Under the pieces are notes generated by a model. That model saw only the letters and a list, made by a program, of their open reading frames with translations. It did not search any database and was not told the DNA's origin. A program made the position numbers and the translations under genes. A DNA stretch of 64,000 bases from Tricharina praecox (Eukaryota), in contig NW_026250425.1 of NCBI RefSeq assembly GCF_024521635.1, positions 310,001 through 374,000 on the forward strand, written 5' to 3'. Below, piece after piece: positions 24,654-37,960 of the stretch. Within the stretch, counting starts at the first letter, position 1. Each line of letters opens with the position of its first letter.

Positions 24654-25154
24654 GTGTTGTGTTTGTCGGCGTACGGTGATGTGCTGTGATGTGGCGCCTG
24701 TAGCTAGCTGGTTGCGCGTTGTTGATGGGCGTTCGTAAAGACTGTGGTCGTCGTGGTGATAGTCGATAGCTTGGCCGATGGTAACTAACTAACGGGACGT
24801 GTCGTGGTGTGTGTATTATTGTGCAATGTGCTGTAGCTGTAGCTGTTCGTTTGAATGGCGATGGCGATGATGATGATGATGTGTTCACGCTGGCTGGGTT
24901 ACCTCACAACGCCGACCGCATGCGTCGCACCCAGTTAACCCAAACTTCACGCTACCCGGCTGGGCCACGTGACCTTGCAACCTGCAAGGTGTCCGGAATT
25001 CGGGACAGTTGCTCTCTCACTAGGTAACTTTTTGCCGGCCGAGCTACCTAACTACCGTATCGCTCTAGTTAGCTCCAGGAACCCACCTACCTCACACCTC
25101 ACACCTCACTCGCACTTGCACCCACGATCCCACGATTCAACGAGCACGAGCACA

Positions 25155-25836
25155 ATGTCATCACGGTTCGCCCCTCCTCCGCCGCTCCCCACTTACCTTT
25201 TGTACCCCCCAGCTAACACCCCCAGCTACGGCCCCACCCTCCACGCGCGCGAGCGCGACCCCTACGACCGGCAGCGCTCGGAGCTCCTGGGGCAGCAGCC
25301 GGCGGCGCAGCAGCAGGCGTACGGGCGGTACTCGCCCGCCATCGGCGGGGGCGTGGGCGGAGGAGGCGGGTACGGCTACGCGAGCACCAGCGACCGTGTT
25401 CCCAGCCCAGCGTACCGCGCGGCGACGCCGAACCGTAAGGGCCAGTACTCGGCCTCGGTCATGGAGGAGCTCGAGGCGCAGAATGATGATGCCGTCGAGG
25501 GCCTCAGCAAGAAGGTGCGCATGCTGAAGGATGTAAGTATACTCTACTCTACTCTACTCTACTCTACATTGTGGGAAGGAGGGGAAGGGGAAGGGGAAGG
25601 GGAAGGGGCTAATGGTGGTGGTGGCGGGGTAGATTACGGTGGCGATTGGCGAGGAGGTGCGTAGCTCGACTACGCTTATGGAGGCGATGAATGAGAGCTT
25701 CGAGGGCACGCGTGAGAAGCTGCAGGGGACCATGAAGAATATGCTGCGCATGGCGCGGAGGACCGGAGTGGGCTGGAAGGCGTGGATCGCTTTCTTTGCG
25801 GCTCTGGTGGTGCTGTTCTGGTGGGTGTGGATCTGA
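25155..25836 (+). CDS. BET1: Qc-SNARE of the Bet1/Sft1 type
   Basis: Introns 25166..25225 and 25533..25632. SNARE motif ELEAQNDDAVEGLSKKVRMLKDITVAIGEEVR and a C-terminal TM anchor. Confidence 0.9.
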
Positions 25837-26439
25837 CGAGTTGATCCAGGACGGTTGACTGCAGTGCCATATTGTAGGTGGACGGGTGGGTGTGGGTGTA
25901 ATATATGTTGGTGGAATTGGTGACTTAGTCTTTTTATTGGTTTCTCATCACTTGGGTTTTATGGTTGGATTTTGTTGCGGCTTTTTAGTTTAACTGCTTT
26001 CTTTTTGAGTGCCGATTGTAACGATACGAATGATTTAATGGTACATCGCATTGCAATACATGATTAGGAGGTGCATTCTGCAGGCATGTAGGCTTAAAAT
26101 CTGAAGAAATGCGTTGACCGGACAGCTTGATATGGTATCATGTGAAATTACTCATTGTACAGACCATCAAGAATCTATGGTCATCTACGCTTCCGTAAGC
26201 CAGATCACGTGTCGTCGACCCAGACTTCAAGGTCGGGAGCATTTCAGACACTCCAGCTTCTATTACTCTCGCCACGCTTCGCCGTCACATTTCTCAGAGA
26301 AAAAAAACATTCATGATGTCATTGAGCATTCAATATCATCCCAGAACCGCATCTCTTCGCACTCCCTTCCATGGGTGTAATGTACACTTGCGGTTATCGA
26401 AATCAAACAGAAAGAAATTACAACAAAACCAATGCCAGC

Positions 26440-29400
26440 CTACGCGTCGGTAACTCTACCACCAACCTTACGCAGAGCACCTCCCAGCTTCCTTCCCGCC
26501 TGCTTACGCCTTCTGCGGTCCTCGACAACCTCCTCGAGATCATCCTCTTCGACGAGAACCATCACCGGAGTGGGTGCGGAAACACCATAGGCCATCCTCC
26601 TAACCGGAGTCTCCACCTCCCTCTCCGGAGTACTGGTACTGAAGCTGCGTCCAGGAGTAGACGACGAACTCCTGGCCCTGCTGCCCTGTCTCCTGCGTCT
26701 AAGCTTCTCCTCGAGGTATTCGACATCCCTGTTCTTCTTCTCCGCCATCGCCGTGAGCTTGAGGATTGTGGTGCGGACGCCTTCGACGGTGGGAGGCTGG
26801 TATTTGGCCCGGGTTCGGTGACGGTCACGCGCAGCAATCTTCGCTTTGAAGAGCGTCGCCTTGTACTCAGCGTCCTTGAGCGCCTTTTCGACGCGGCTAA
26901 ACGACTTGCGCAGGGTACGCTGCTGAATCTGCTGCTCGGGGGCGAGGAGGCGGGCTCTGGCGTGAGCGGCAGCGGTTGGATCGTTGTGGACGGAGAACAG
27001 ACGTTTGATCTCAGACTCTTTGGTATTGACTGCAGAAAGGTCAGCAAGAACATAATGTAATAGGATGGCGAAATCTTACGCTTGATGAATCCCCTGGTAG
27101 CACACTGTCGCCTCTCCTCCAGCTTGGGGGTCGTACTAGCGATCTTCTGCACCTCCAATTCCAAGTCGGCAATAGTCTTGGTCACTATCGCCAACTCGCC
27201 CAAGCGCCAGTTGTCGGTAGGCTTCATGTCCTCAGGTTTCTCGTGTGTGACACCCTCGGCCGGGGTCTGCTGTGCGAGGTGGTAAGACTGAAGACCACGA
27301 GCCATCTGACCGAGTTTATTGACCATCATATTGCCAGAAATCAAGAGTGCGTCAAAAGCAGTAGTGAAATCCTTCACGACAGTAATTAGAGCCCAATTAA
27401 AAAACGACAGGAACATAAACTCACGTTGACATCATTGAACTTGGTGAGCTTCTTTATTTCCGGGATTGTGACTGACGGCTTGACTGGACCATTGCACAGC
27501 TGCTCACGGATCTTTTCGTCCTCATGGTCGCTGTATTCCGCATCGAAGTCCACGACACTCTCTGCGTCGTCCTCTTCCTCCTCTGGCTCTGGCTCTTCCT
27601 CCTTCGATATTGATGCGTTCAATAGCGAGGCGATCGCCGCCGAGTTGATAGGCTTTGGGTTGACAGGTCTCGATGACTTGACATTCTTGTGCGCCAAACT
27701 TCCCAGACTTCCCAGACTTCCCAGACTTCCCAGACTTCCCAGACTTCCCAGACTTCCCAGACTTCCCAGACTTCCCAGGCTTCCATGGCTTCCCAAACCG
27801 CCCATACCGCCCATGCCCTTGGACTGTAGCGGCACTTTACCGCGTAACTGCCTCGCCGGAAGAGGGGCCTCCTCTTCCTCGTCCTCCTCATCTTCGTCTT
27901 CCTCATCGTCGTCATTCTCACTCTGAATGTCTTCCTGCTTCTTGCTAAACAAGCTGCTGAAAGGAGCATCTTTTGAGAAATTGCTGGATGAGAAAGGCTT
28001 AAAGCTTCCAGAGTTGCTAAAGATCGAGCCAGATCCAGATCCAGGCGTTGTCGCTTTTGCAGCAGGTGGGGTGGCGCCAAAAGCAGCGGGCGTTTTGGAG
28101 GCGGTGCCAAAAAGACCGGTCGCCTTAGGGGTGGCCTCAGAAGGAACAGGCGTTTTAGGGGCGGCCCCAGAAGGAACGGCCGCCTTAGGGGTCTCGGCAG
28201 AAGACTTCTCCTCTTCTTTCTTGAACTCTTCCTTGATCGGAGTTTTGGGTGCCTCGTTCTCTTTTCCTGCCTCCTCCTCATTTTCCTCGTCTTCATACTC
28301 TCCTTCTTCCTCTTCACCTTCTCCCTCCTCTTCGTCGCCTTCGTCCTCGTACTCCTCTTCTTCTTCGTCCTCTTCCTCCTCGTCGCCTTCCTCCTCTTCC
28401 TGTCCTTCATCGTCTGCACCATCTGAGTCATTGTCTTCAGGCAGAGCGGGTGGCAGCTCTGGCGGAGTTATCTGGGATGGTGCCGAGAAGTCTGGCGGAA
28501 GCGGTGCCTCCTCAGCAGCTAGAGATCCCGGTTCTGAGCTGTCGTCCGAATCATCATCGGAGTCGGGAACAGTAATCGACTTCTGCGCAAACGGATTGGC
28601 TCCGGATGAACTTGCACCAGCAGGCTTGCCTCCAAATGGATTCGTACTGGTATTACCCGTACTGGCAGGCTTCAAGCTAGCGAAAGGTGATGCGGTGGAA
28701 CTGCTGCCGAAAGAAGCGAAGGGTGAAGGCGAGGCGGGAGCAGCAGAGCCGAATGGATTTCCAGCAGCGGGCTTTGACGCTCCCATCCCAGCGAAGGGGG
28801 AGGGCGAGGATTGCCCAGCATTAGCAAATGCCGAAGAAATTGATGCGTTGCCAAAGGCCGATGGCTTGCTTGGTGTAGTAAATGGCGAACCTGTACCTCT
28901 AAAGGCTGACGTATCGAAAGCATTACCGGATGCGGATACGTTAGAACCGCTACCGCCTCCAAGTGCACCTCCAAGGGCAGAGCCAAAGCTTCCCAAAGAG
29001 CCACCGTTGTCTGGATTGCCAGACTTGCCATCATCGGCAGATGGAGTTGCTTGGTCTTTGAATACACTCCCCAATTTGAATCCGCTTGCCGTGGGCGTCG
29101 CGGGTTGGGTGGTCTTGGCTGCTCCAAAAGCTGAGTCGGTATTGCCGCTGGTTACAATAGGTTTACCGCTGCCAAAGGGGCTTCCGCCTTGCGGGACGTT
29201 GGATGCCTGCGCAGCAGCGGCAAAGCCGCCCTTATTCGCAAAAGATGCAAATGCGCTGCCACTGCCGAATGTTGCCGGTGACGCAGATCCCATTACCGGT
29301 GCCTTTCCAAAGGGTGACGCAGGACTGGGTGAGCCAAATGCCGAAGCTTGTCCGAATGCCGGTCTGCCAAATGCGGGTGCAGGGCTATTGACACCCAACG

Positions 29401-31398
29401 CAGATGGTTGCCCAAACGCCGGAGCAGCGGAAGCAGTGGATTTTGGGGTACTGGGAGGCTGTGGTGTAGTTCCCCATGGGGAAGGCTTTGCTCCAAATGC
29501 TGGAGCAGGACTGCCAAATGCTGGAGCGGAACTATTAGCACCCAACGCTGATGGTTGACCGAACGCCGGGCCGGTAGTAGTGGCACCCAACGCTGATGGT
29601 TGGCCGAAAGCCGGGGCAGTAGTAGTGGCTATTGATTTCGGAGCACTTGGGGGTTGTTGCGCGCTACCCCATGGGGAGGCTTGTGCGAATGGGGAGGCTT
29701 GACCAAAAGCAGTTCCGGAGGTCGTTGAGGGTATCGACTGTGAGAATGGTGAGGCTGCCGGCGCTGAGGGTCCAAACGCTGATGTCGCCGCAGCAAACGG
29801 GCTTGGTGTAGGTTTCGCTCCGAACGAGCTCTGCCCGAAAGCAGGCTTAGGAACTGTTGAAAATGCGCTTGCAGTCTGTGGTGCCGGGATAGCTGCTTGT
29901 GGTGGCTGTTGTGCTGGAGTCTGCTCGGTATCGTAAATCATCATCCCGGTGTACTTCTCTCCTTTTTTGATGGCATCGTTGTAGACCACGTGCCATGCAC
30001 ACAGAGTACCCTCATGGTTCAACACCATTAGGATTGGGAGTGGCCCTGGTGACTCGGTTTCGCCGCCTTCCGTGGGGCGGGTTACATTGTCCTTGCTGCT
30101 GAGGTCGAGGGCCATCCCGATTGGGGATGTATCCATGAAAGTCGGTTTTGACAACGGCAACTGCGCCTGCCGTGTCTCATCCAGGATCGCAACCGTCACA
30201 AAGGTATCTGCCTTGATATCCTTAGTATCCTCTTTGAATCTCATGATAACACCAACGTCGCCGGAGCATGTTCCAGAATAAATGATGGCATTCTTGAGTG
30301 CTGGTTCGTATTGCTGCAGTTGTGCTGTGAAGAAATATGGCGGGGATCGCTCCCTCATTCCGAACGGGGGTGCCGGAGCAGCAAGCTTCTTAAAATGAAA
30401 TAAGCCTGAAGAACGCGTAAGGAGGTGAAAGACGGATTCGTCATCGCCCGGTACTCCATCCGTCGGTAAAGGCGTGTGTGTGATTATGAATACGTTGTTC
30501 TCAATCCAAAGGATGGATGACACGAAACAGTTCTCCACGCCAGGTGGTGCCGGAAGCTCCGCCTTGCCTTCGCCGTCGGGGGTCATCTGATATCCGGTTC
30601 CGTTGCCCATTCCGCAGATAAGCTGTTTTCCCTGCTTGCTCCACGCAATCGTTCCGACTCCCTCCTTGAGGATGATGTTTCCATCTCGCGTTGTCTTGAA
30701 ACTCCTAGTGTTTAGATCCAGGATCCGGACGTCTCCTTTCATCGTGACAATAGCCACCATCTCCGGCACTGTGGGGTTCGGCTTGACTTCTCGCAGCTCC
30801 AACCCATCGGTCCCCACTTCGAATGTAGCCTTCGCATCACCGCCGCCCGCGAGCGCATCTATCGAGTATACGGCCAGTCCTCCCTGAGAAGCTCCGAGGA
30901 TGAGATGCGATTCATCAGCATTAAACGCGATGTGCGATATGCTGATGGGCGAGGGCATGGTGAGCTGTGGTGTGTAGTCTCCTCCATCTTGTGCGAGCGC
31001 TTCCCGCAGAGATGCCGTCGATCCTATGACGAAACCTAGAAACCCCATTACTCTCCATATCTTACTTGGATAACGAGCGACTTACTCTTTGGGCCCGCCG
31101 CCGCAAAGAGACCGCGTCGGTTTGCGATGGTGAAAAGCGACGAGCACGAGCGTGGCAGCGAGTCTGGAGAGAAACCCTCAGGAAGGAGCTTGAGTCTCGG
31201 CTCCTTCGTGAGACCCTTGAACCCGAAGTTCTGCGCACCAGACAGTTAGACAGGTCAGTGCCACCCACAAATCGTCGAGCAGTGACATACCTCGATCTCA
31301 CCGCCATTAGTCGTGAGATCTAGATCTTCGAGTTGAATCTGTATATCCCCGACCGGCTGGGAGTTGGCTAGTACTCCGTAGGGATTGCCGGACGCCAT
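26440..31398 (-). CDS. NUP159: FG-nucleoporin Nup159/Nup214 orthologue
   Basis: ATG 31398, introns 31231..31290 and 31036..31085, plus two more near 27372-27425 and 27030-27080. N-terminal beta-propeller (DTSPIGMALDL, LMVLNHEGTLCAW), PAFG/SPFG FG repeats, acidic linker, and C-terminal coiled coil (PTVEGVRTTILKLTAMAEKKNRDVEYLE). Confidence 0.93.
27709..27795. repeat. Coding 9-bp repeat (CTTCCCAGA)n encoding (GSL)n inside NUP159
   Basis: About nine tandem copies are directly visible. Confidence 0.92.
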
Positions 31399-32847
31399 GA
31401 TGGCAACTTTCTTCGTTCCGGCCTTTTTAGGTAAAGGTGGCAGGCAAATGATGGTCGGTAGCGAGGGTGATGGTTGGCGGTGGTAGCGGGAGGTGTCGGG
31501 GAAGGTGTCGGGGAAGGTGTCGGGGAAGGTTGTCAGCCCGGGAGCGCGTCAAGTTTTGAAAGAGTAAACGCGGTTGTTCCTAGTAGAGGGTTGTTAGTTA
31601 GTTCCGGTCGCGTGCACTAGTACTGGTATTTCGTATGTGACGGTTGTGGCTTGGCTAGAAATACGAGTGATGACTTGTGTGTGTCAATGAGTCGAAATCA
31701 CTTTAGAACCAACCGTGCACCCAGTTCAACCCTCAATACCGGTACTTAGATCATGGCAATATACACACACCGTTTTCATGTCGGACTTACATACGGTACT
31801 TCCCAAGTATTTCTTAGCCCGAGCTTGTTCAAAAACCGAGTGAGATGTCATCCCTCAACCATCATCTCGGTCGTATGTATGAGATATGAAGAAACAATGA
31901 AAGCAAGGGTCTAAATTCTTGGTGAAGCGGACTCTCAAGAAACCTAGGTACTTAGGTTGGCGATACCAAGATACTTTGTAGATGCTCGGGACAAGCTTAA
32001 CTAAAGCTTTAAAAGTGGCTAGATTGGTGTCCTAGAGCAAGTATGTTCGTACGCAGAAAGATTGTATTGGTGAACGCCTGTGATGGGCTCTTTAGTAGAT
32101 CAGGTTGGAGATCGAGCAGCCCGTTCAGATAGGGCTGTCGCCAAAGGTTGTGGTGTAAGTGAAGCCTTAATATGGCTGCTTTGGGAAGCGGTAGAATGTG
32201 TCTAAATGATATAGATAGGAGATTAGGTCCCCGTCGTGTCCGAGTCGGATCGGTGGCGAGAAAGATGGGCTGGCCAGTGATGCAATATGAGCAAAGACGC
32301 GGAGGCGGGAATTGAGACCCCATTCACTTCTTGTTAGACACGATTGCTTCACTTGGAAAGTAAGGAAACCAGGTGCCTTGCGCCTCGCATCGTGGAAGAG
32401 AGCTTTCCCCGCACTTCCATGCAGGTGGAGAACAGCAACCAGTCACGGATCACGAATAATGGAACAGTAATGGAGCGGGCATGCGCACAGTGAACCGGAA
32501 GCAACTGCTCGCACCGGCGACACCGATTTCTGCGGTGGACAGCAGATCCGGCTACGATGATGCCTGGATGATGTGCTATGAAGAATGGATTATACCGAGC
32601 TCCGTGATGCAGCGATCTTGAGATTTTTACCAGGACGGGGTTGCTTCGTGCGCATATAGTACACACACATACACACACACATGAATTTTGGTCACCAAGA
32701 CGGTGGAGCGGTCATGTAGCTTGTTGAAAAACACCTTCCGTTACAATGGTTTTCTCCTATATAGTACTTTACATGTCCAGAGTTCTCCCTCCACGGTTTC
32801 CCTCCTCCAAGGCCAGAGCTGCCCCGCCAACCCTTCTATCCAAAAAA

Positions 32848-34486
32848 TCACGGCAGCTTGAATCCACCCTTTGACAACTTCTGGAAGACGCCGGTGGGGT
32901 CGTACTTCTTCGCCACGACCTTCAAGAACTTAACGTTCGCCTCGCCGTAGCTCTCAATGATCTTCTGGCCCTCGCCCGCATCATTGAGGAACATGTAGTC
33001 ATAGTAAAGGCCCCTCTTCTTGGCCATGACCTCGATATCCGCAATGAGCTTAGTCGTAGAACCGATCACCGTCTCGTCATATGCAGCGTCGCTCCACGAG
33101 CTTGTGATGTCGAGCCACGTCTGCGCTTCCTCCTTGACGCCGAGGACGTTGCCGCCCATCTTCTTACCGTGGCGGACGGTGGAGACGGCCATGGGCTGGT
33201 AGGTGAGTGTTACTTGAAGCCCCGGGACGTTGGCGGCCGTGAAGGTCGCGTTGAATTGTGCGAGAACCTCTTTGTACAGCTCGGCATCGACCCCGATGGA
33301 GATGGTACTCATGTGCTGTCTGTATGTTTGAAATCCAGATTAGCATTCTAGACAGGGAGAAAAAAAAAGACATGCGGGGGAATATACCTTCCGGGAGCAG
33401 GTACTCCCTGGCCCGAGTATGCGGCGTTGACGAATTTTGCCAGTGTCGTTCTGTTGGTGGTATCGGACATAGGGCCCAGGGTCTTCCAGTCTTGCAGAGA
33501 CGCGGGATTGTCGGTCTCGGCGTGGAAAAGGAACGACATCCAGATCTGGGTACTGCCGCCGGTGAAGATGGCGTTCTGAATCATAGCCGCTTTCGGATCC
33601 TCGACCTGGTGCTTGTCCTGATACGTCACCAGGGTATCGATGACAGATCCGAACTTGTCGGGAGTGTACGTCGTCAAACCGGCCCAGACACCCTTTGGCT
33701 GCGGAACGGTGTGGAGATCGAAGCGGGTGACGATGCCGAAGTTGTTTCCTCCACCCTTCAGCGCCTTGAAGAGATCCCAGTTCTGCTTCGCCGATGCGGT
33801 GACGACCTTGCCGCTGGCGAGGACGACCTCGAGGCTCTTGATGGTGTCGCACGCCATGCCGTGCGAGGTGGTGTAGAACGAGTTTCCGCCGCCGGTGAGC
33901 AATCCCGCAACACCGACTACGGGTACACGGCCGCCGACTGCAGCGAGGCCGTAGGGCTCAAGGAACTGGTAAACGCTGATCCATCGGTTGCCGGCGCCGA
34001 TGGACACGACCTTCTTTGCCTCGTCGAGTGAAAGAGACGAGAGCTTTTCCATGGCTATCAGGAGGCCACCATCGGAGCTGGCAGCTCCGGGGAAATGCAT
34101 GTGGCCACCGCCCCGAACAGAGAACTCAATGCCGAAATAGGACGTAACTTTTACACCTTTCGAAACCGCGTCGGTGGTGTCCGGGGTGAATATCAGCGCT
34201 GCCGGGAGCCATGCTCTCGTTGACCTGTAGAATTCATCAGCCACTGGAAGCGAGACCTAAGGAGGAAGAACACCCACCAGTTCACTTGTTGAATCGCCGT
34301 GTAGTTTGCACTGTCGGGCCAGAAGGTTAGGTGGGGGAATAAGAGAGACAGTGCCAGCAGTCCGATTGACCCGAAGGCAGCAGCATTTGCAAGAGCGGTA
34401 GAGACTTGAGAAACATCGGACGGGGATAGGCCGAGCTGCGTTACGAAGCTGACGACGGCTTCCGGTGATGCTGTATAGTTCGCCAT
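32848..34486 (-). CDS. FAD-linked oxidoreductase (FAD_binding_4 / berberine-bridge-like)
   Basis: Introns 34225..34277 and 33320..33387. Motifs FSVRGGGH (covalent-FAD His), VGVAGLLTGGG, DLFKALKGGGNNFGIVTRF and the C-terminal FLNDA..YDPTGVFQ..GGFKL. Confidence 0.92.
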
Positions 34487-35128
34487 TCTGGAGATAGCTA
34501 AGATGCTGAAAGAAAATGGGTCTCCTCGTGAAGAGTGCGCTGGTGGTATACATATACTCGTCCATTGCACGAGCTGCCATAACCAGTGGACGTCGGCCTT
34601 AACTACGGAGTGGAGGGATTCCAGTGGATAATCCCTACTGGCTTTTCCAATACTCTCCCTGATCGTGCACCACTAGGGCACGTAGTCATGGTCCATGTGC
34701 ATGTTGGTGATATCGCGGTGAGAAAAGGGGTGGCGGTGAATTAGAGTATATTGTAAGCTCCATAACTGCCTTATATGGCAAGCGTATGATCGATTCCATT
34801 CATCGAGGTTCTGCAACTCCGTCTTACTGATCGTCGTCAGAGCAACGGAGGGTTGCAGGGGTGATGCAGGGGCGGGTGTAGGGATTTATGTTAAGCAGAG
34901 CGTCGAGGGCTCGACACGTTGTGAACAGGATGTCACGGCATCACGGTGGATTGTTGGTCGTCGATTTGGCTGGTTGTGGGTTGCCTCGCCTCGCCGCCCG
35001 ACCGGCTTTGTTTGGTTTTTGATAGACCTCGATAATCTGTTTGTTACACGGAGCTAAAGTGCGGCCTATACGTAGAGCACTCACCTCCTCCACGATACTA
35101 TACAACAACCCCTCCCGCACTCAACGAA

Positions 35129-35830
35129 ATGATGTTCCTTTCCGTATGCACTCTTCTATTGGTTTCCTACAATCTCTCCGGTTCCAATGCTCAGCATATC
35201 CCTCCAAGCCCGCCCTGGCATCTTGCCGTTCCCGGCCCGTCGTTTCGTCCGGTCGTTGTCGAAGAGTGGATGACAATCCATCAAACCGTAACCGTCACGG
35301 TAATTCAGTCTATCTTGTCTACGAATACGCCGAGGCCAGCGATAGCCTCGTCTACGAATACGCCGAGGCCAGCGATAGCCTCGTCTACGAATACGCCGAG
35401 GCCAGCGATAGCCTCGCTTCCGGACCTAGCGGTGCCAAAGCTAGACCCGGCGGCCGGCACGTACGCCAACGTCTTCCTTGTCGGCGTGTTCCTGCTCTTC
35501 GTCATGGTGGTCGTGTACCTTGGAGCATACGCTTCCTGGCACATCTTCAGCAGGTGCAGGCGGAGGTGGATGCTGGGAAGCAAGTACGAGATGGAGCTAC
35601 GCGAGGCGCGGGTGCGCGTGGGCGAGAGTGCGGGCTTGAGTGATGTGGGCAGTGCTGGTAGGGTGATTACGCAGCCGGCGGTGGGAAGGAGGGCTGGGCT
35701 TTGGTGGCGGGCAGACCACGCAGGGAGAGCTACGGAGAGAGAAGGCGGACGACGTGCATTGCGGTTCAGCGGAGTGGAATCTAAAGGGACCCAGAGGCTG
35801 AGAGGATCTGTCGTTCTGGAGGAGGTATAG
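35129..35830 (+). CDS. Hypothetical signal-peptide plus single-TM protein with three perfect 11-aa repeats (STNTPRPAIAS)
   Basis: Hydrophobic N-terminus, a 33-bp x3 repeat at 35317..35415, and TM VFLVGVFLLFVMVVVYLGAYASW followed by basic residues. Confidence 0.6.
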   Translation: MMFLSVCTLLLVSYNLSGSNAQHIPPSPPWHLAVPGPSFRPVVVEEWMTIHQTVTVTVIQSILSTNTPRPAIASSTNTPRPAIASSTNTPRPAIASLPDLAVPKLDPAAGTYANVFLVGVFLLFVMVVVYLGAYASWHIFSRCRRRWMLGSKYEMELREARVRVGESAGLSDVGSAGRVITQPAVGRRAGLWWRADHAGRATEREGGRRALRFSGVESKGTQRLRGSVVLEEV

Positions 35831-37828
35831 CCGCCATTGTTGATGAAGGCATTTGGAGATGATCACAGGGTTAGTGTACAGTATCAGTTGTTACGGTGTC
35901 ACTGAAGGCATTACAGATCACATGTTCGAGTCCACTGTACGTGCCGTCGTGGGATGGAACAATCGGCAACCTGAGAGTCGACAGTAGGTATTCGAAGCTG
36001 GGAGTCAAGACTCAAGTTGAGAACCGGCCGAGGTGAGAAATTTCGCCCTAATATACACCAGTAGTCTTTCGGACTTCCAGACTCTCGGACTCTCGGACCC
36101 TCCTACTTTCCATATCGAATTCCTTGAACTCTAGTACCGTATTCGTTCTTGCCGTATTGGTATCTACTATCTCTCGTATTCGTATACTATTATTTCCACT
36201 AACACCGATGATCAAACGTCCGGCACATATAACTAGCACGATCAGGCACGAAACGGCAGAGTTGTCCAACCGACCTCGGCTAGTTATTCATCCGGGTTTG
36301 GTCTCATCTTTATCTACACAACCATGGTATCCACAACGAGTGGTACGGTCTAGGGTCGCGTCGAGCCGAATCAAGTACATGGAGGAGAGAACCTTCTATA
36401 CCATGAGGGTCATTTATACATACTACCAGTTCCCGGCCGAGATTATGTATGAGTGCACACACAAGACTGGCTCGGGACATTGAATTTATTGAGTCCACAC
36501 CCAAGTAGGCACGTTTATTGCCTCGACAACCCAAATATAAGTTCTGGTTACTTATATATGACTATTGAAAGTATCTCCGGCGATAAATTCTGTCGGTTTG
36601 GTACCTATTCCCATATGGGGGTTTTTTCGGCTTCTATCTTAATTATTGAGGTCTGGTCTGTTGCTTGCACGAGTGGCGAGCGGCGGTTGGCATGGTAGTT
36701 ACATATAGACCCTACTGCAAGTCATGGTACATGTACCGGTACATATATCTAGGTTTCCTAGTGCCCACTGCCCACTCAAGTATGTATGGTAGGAAGATGC
36801 TAGTTTCGTAGTTAGGCCCTAGAGTCATCTAGAGCTCCGAAAAACTGCCCAGATCTATGTATCGAATCCCTCCATGATCATTGGTGGCAGGTGGTATGTA
36901 ACTAACATTGGCATCAGGGATCACACCGTTAACGGTTTGCCCGGTGGGATCGTTAGGTTAGGCAGCCACCGTCACATCGCACATATGACACAGGGATTTC
37001 CCGAGACGGTACAGCCGCGCCTGGGTTCGGACGCTGACGAGACTGAGAGGGATGGTGTCAAAATCCACAGCGTAAATATCGGAGCGATGGCTGAATCAGC
37101 GGATTTTCGATGCTCTTGTCTTCCGTGGGAGCGACGGGACGAAGCAGAGCGGGGAAACGAAGCCAGAGCGATGAGATCTAGATATATACGTAGGAGTCAG
37201 GACAGGACTCTTACGGTAGCCGAGACATGCTCGCCCTCGATACTCCCTTACTATAGGTAGTCTCTCACGGTCTCGCCAGGTGATACACATCGCAGCCCTG
37301 TATAAAAAAATAACAGTGATCGAGTGGAAACTGGGAATTAAAATCGCCGTTGTCTGGGCCGTCCTCTCCTTGTGTTCTCTCATTCTATCCTCGGCCAATC
37401 ATATACCTACTATAGGCCATCCAGTTCTTCTGTTCCGATTGAATCAAGTCGAGTCCCTCTGTGCAGCACTGTACTAGTAGATGGTCGTCGTTTCTAAACA
37501 CTACCAAGTACGGTACGGTACATCAAAGCATGACAAGTCACTCGATCATTGAAGATCACCTACTGTTGTGAATAGTGACTGAACGGATGAATTAAATTAT
37601 GCGTATTATGTCCAGAGAAGCGAGGCTGTGGCCTCGAGTCTAGGAAAGGGAGCGAAGGTCCATGCCCACGATGATAACGAGTGAGATATTACAACATCTA
37701 CTGCCTCTAGAAACATTTTTGAAGCGTGAAATAAATCGGAATGGGTTGTGTAACTGCTATGATCCAATAAGGTCAAATACAATGATGATCAGCGGGTAGC
37801 AAGGCAGCGGCGCAGTGGGGCAGCAAGG

Positions 37829-37960
37829 CAGTGATCTACAAAGTCCGGCCCAGTTCGTCCGGACCCATGGACGGGACTGGACTACGTTCGTCCAGTCCGT
37901 CCGGAGGTGTGTTGGACGGACTAGCTCACCAGTAAAATCGGACGGGACGGACTGTAGTCG
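37829..37960 (+). mobile_element. Dispersed repeat copy B, probable DNA-transposon/MITE terminus relic
   Basis: Begins CAGTGATCTACAAAGTCC and shares GGACTGGACTAC..TCCAGTCCGT..GGACGGACTAG..CACCAGTAA with 3301..3418. Confidence 0.55.

Noticed and set aside
27426..29558. 543-aa and 166-aa plus-strand ORFs
   Set aside because: Antisense shadows of NUP159 with no independent motifs.
32848..34486. Secondary-metabolite cluster around the FAD oxidase
   Set aside because: No PKS, NRPS, terpene synthase or RiPP-maturation gene was seen in the window.
35877..35941. tRNA-like segment (GTACAGT...GTTCGAGTCC ACTGTAC)
   Set aside because: Has a B-box-like word and terminal complementarity, but the T-stem does not pair, there are no D or anticodon arms, and it is too short.
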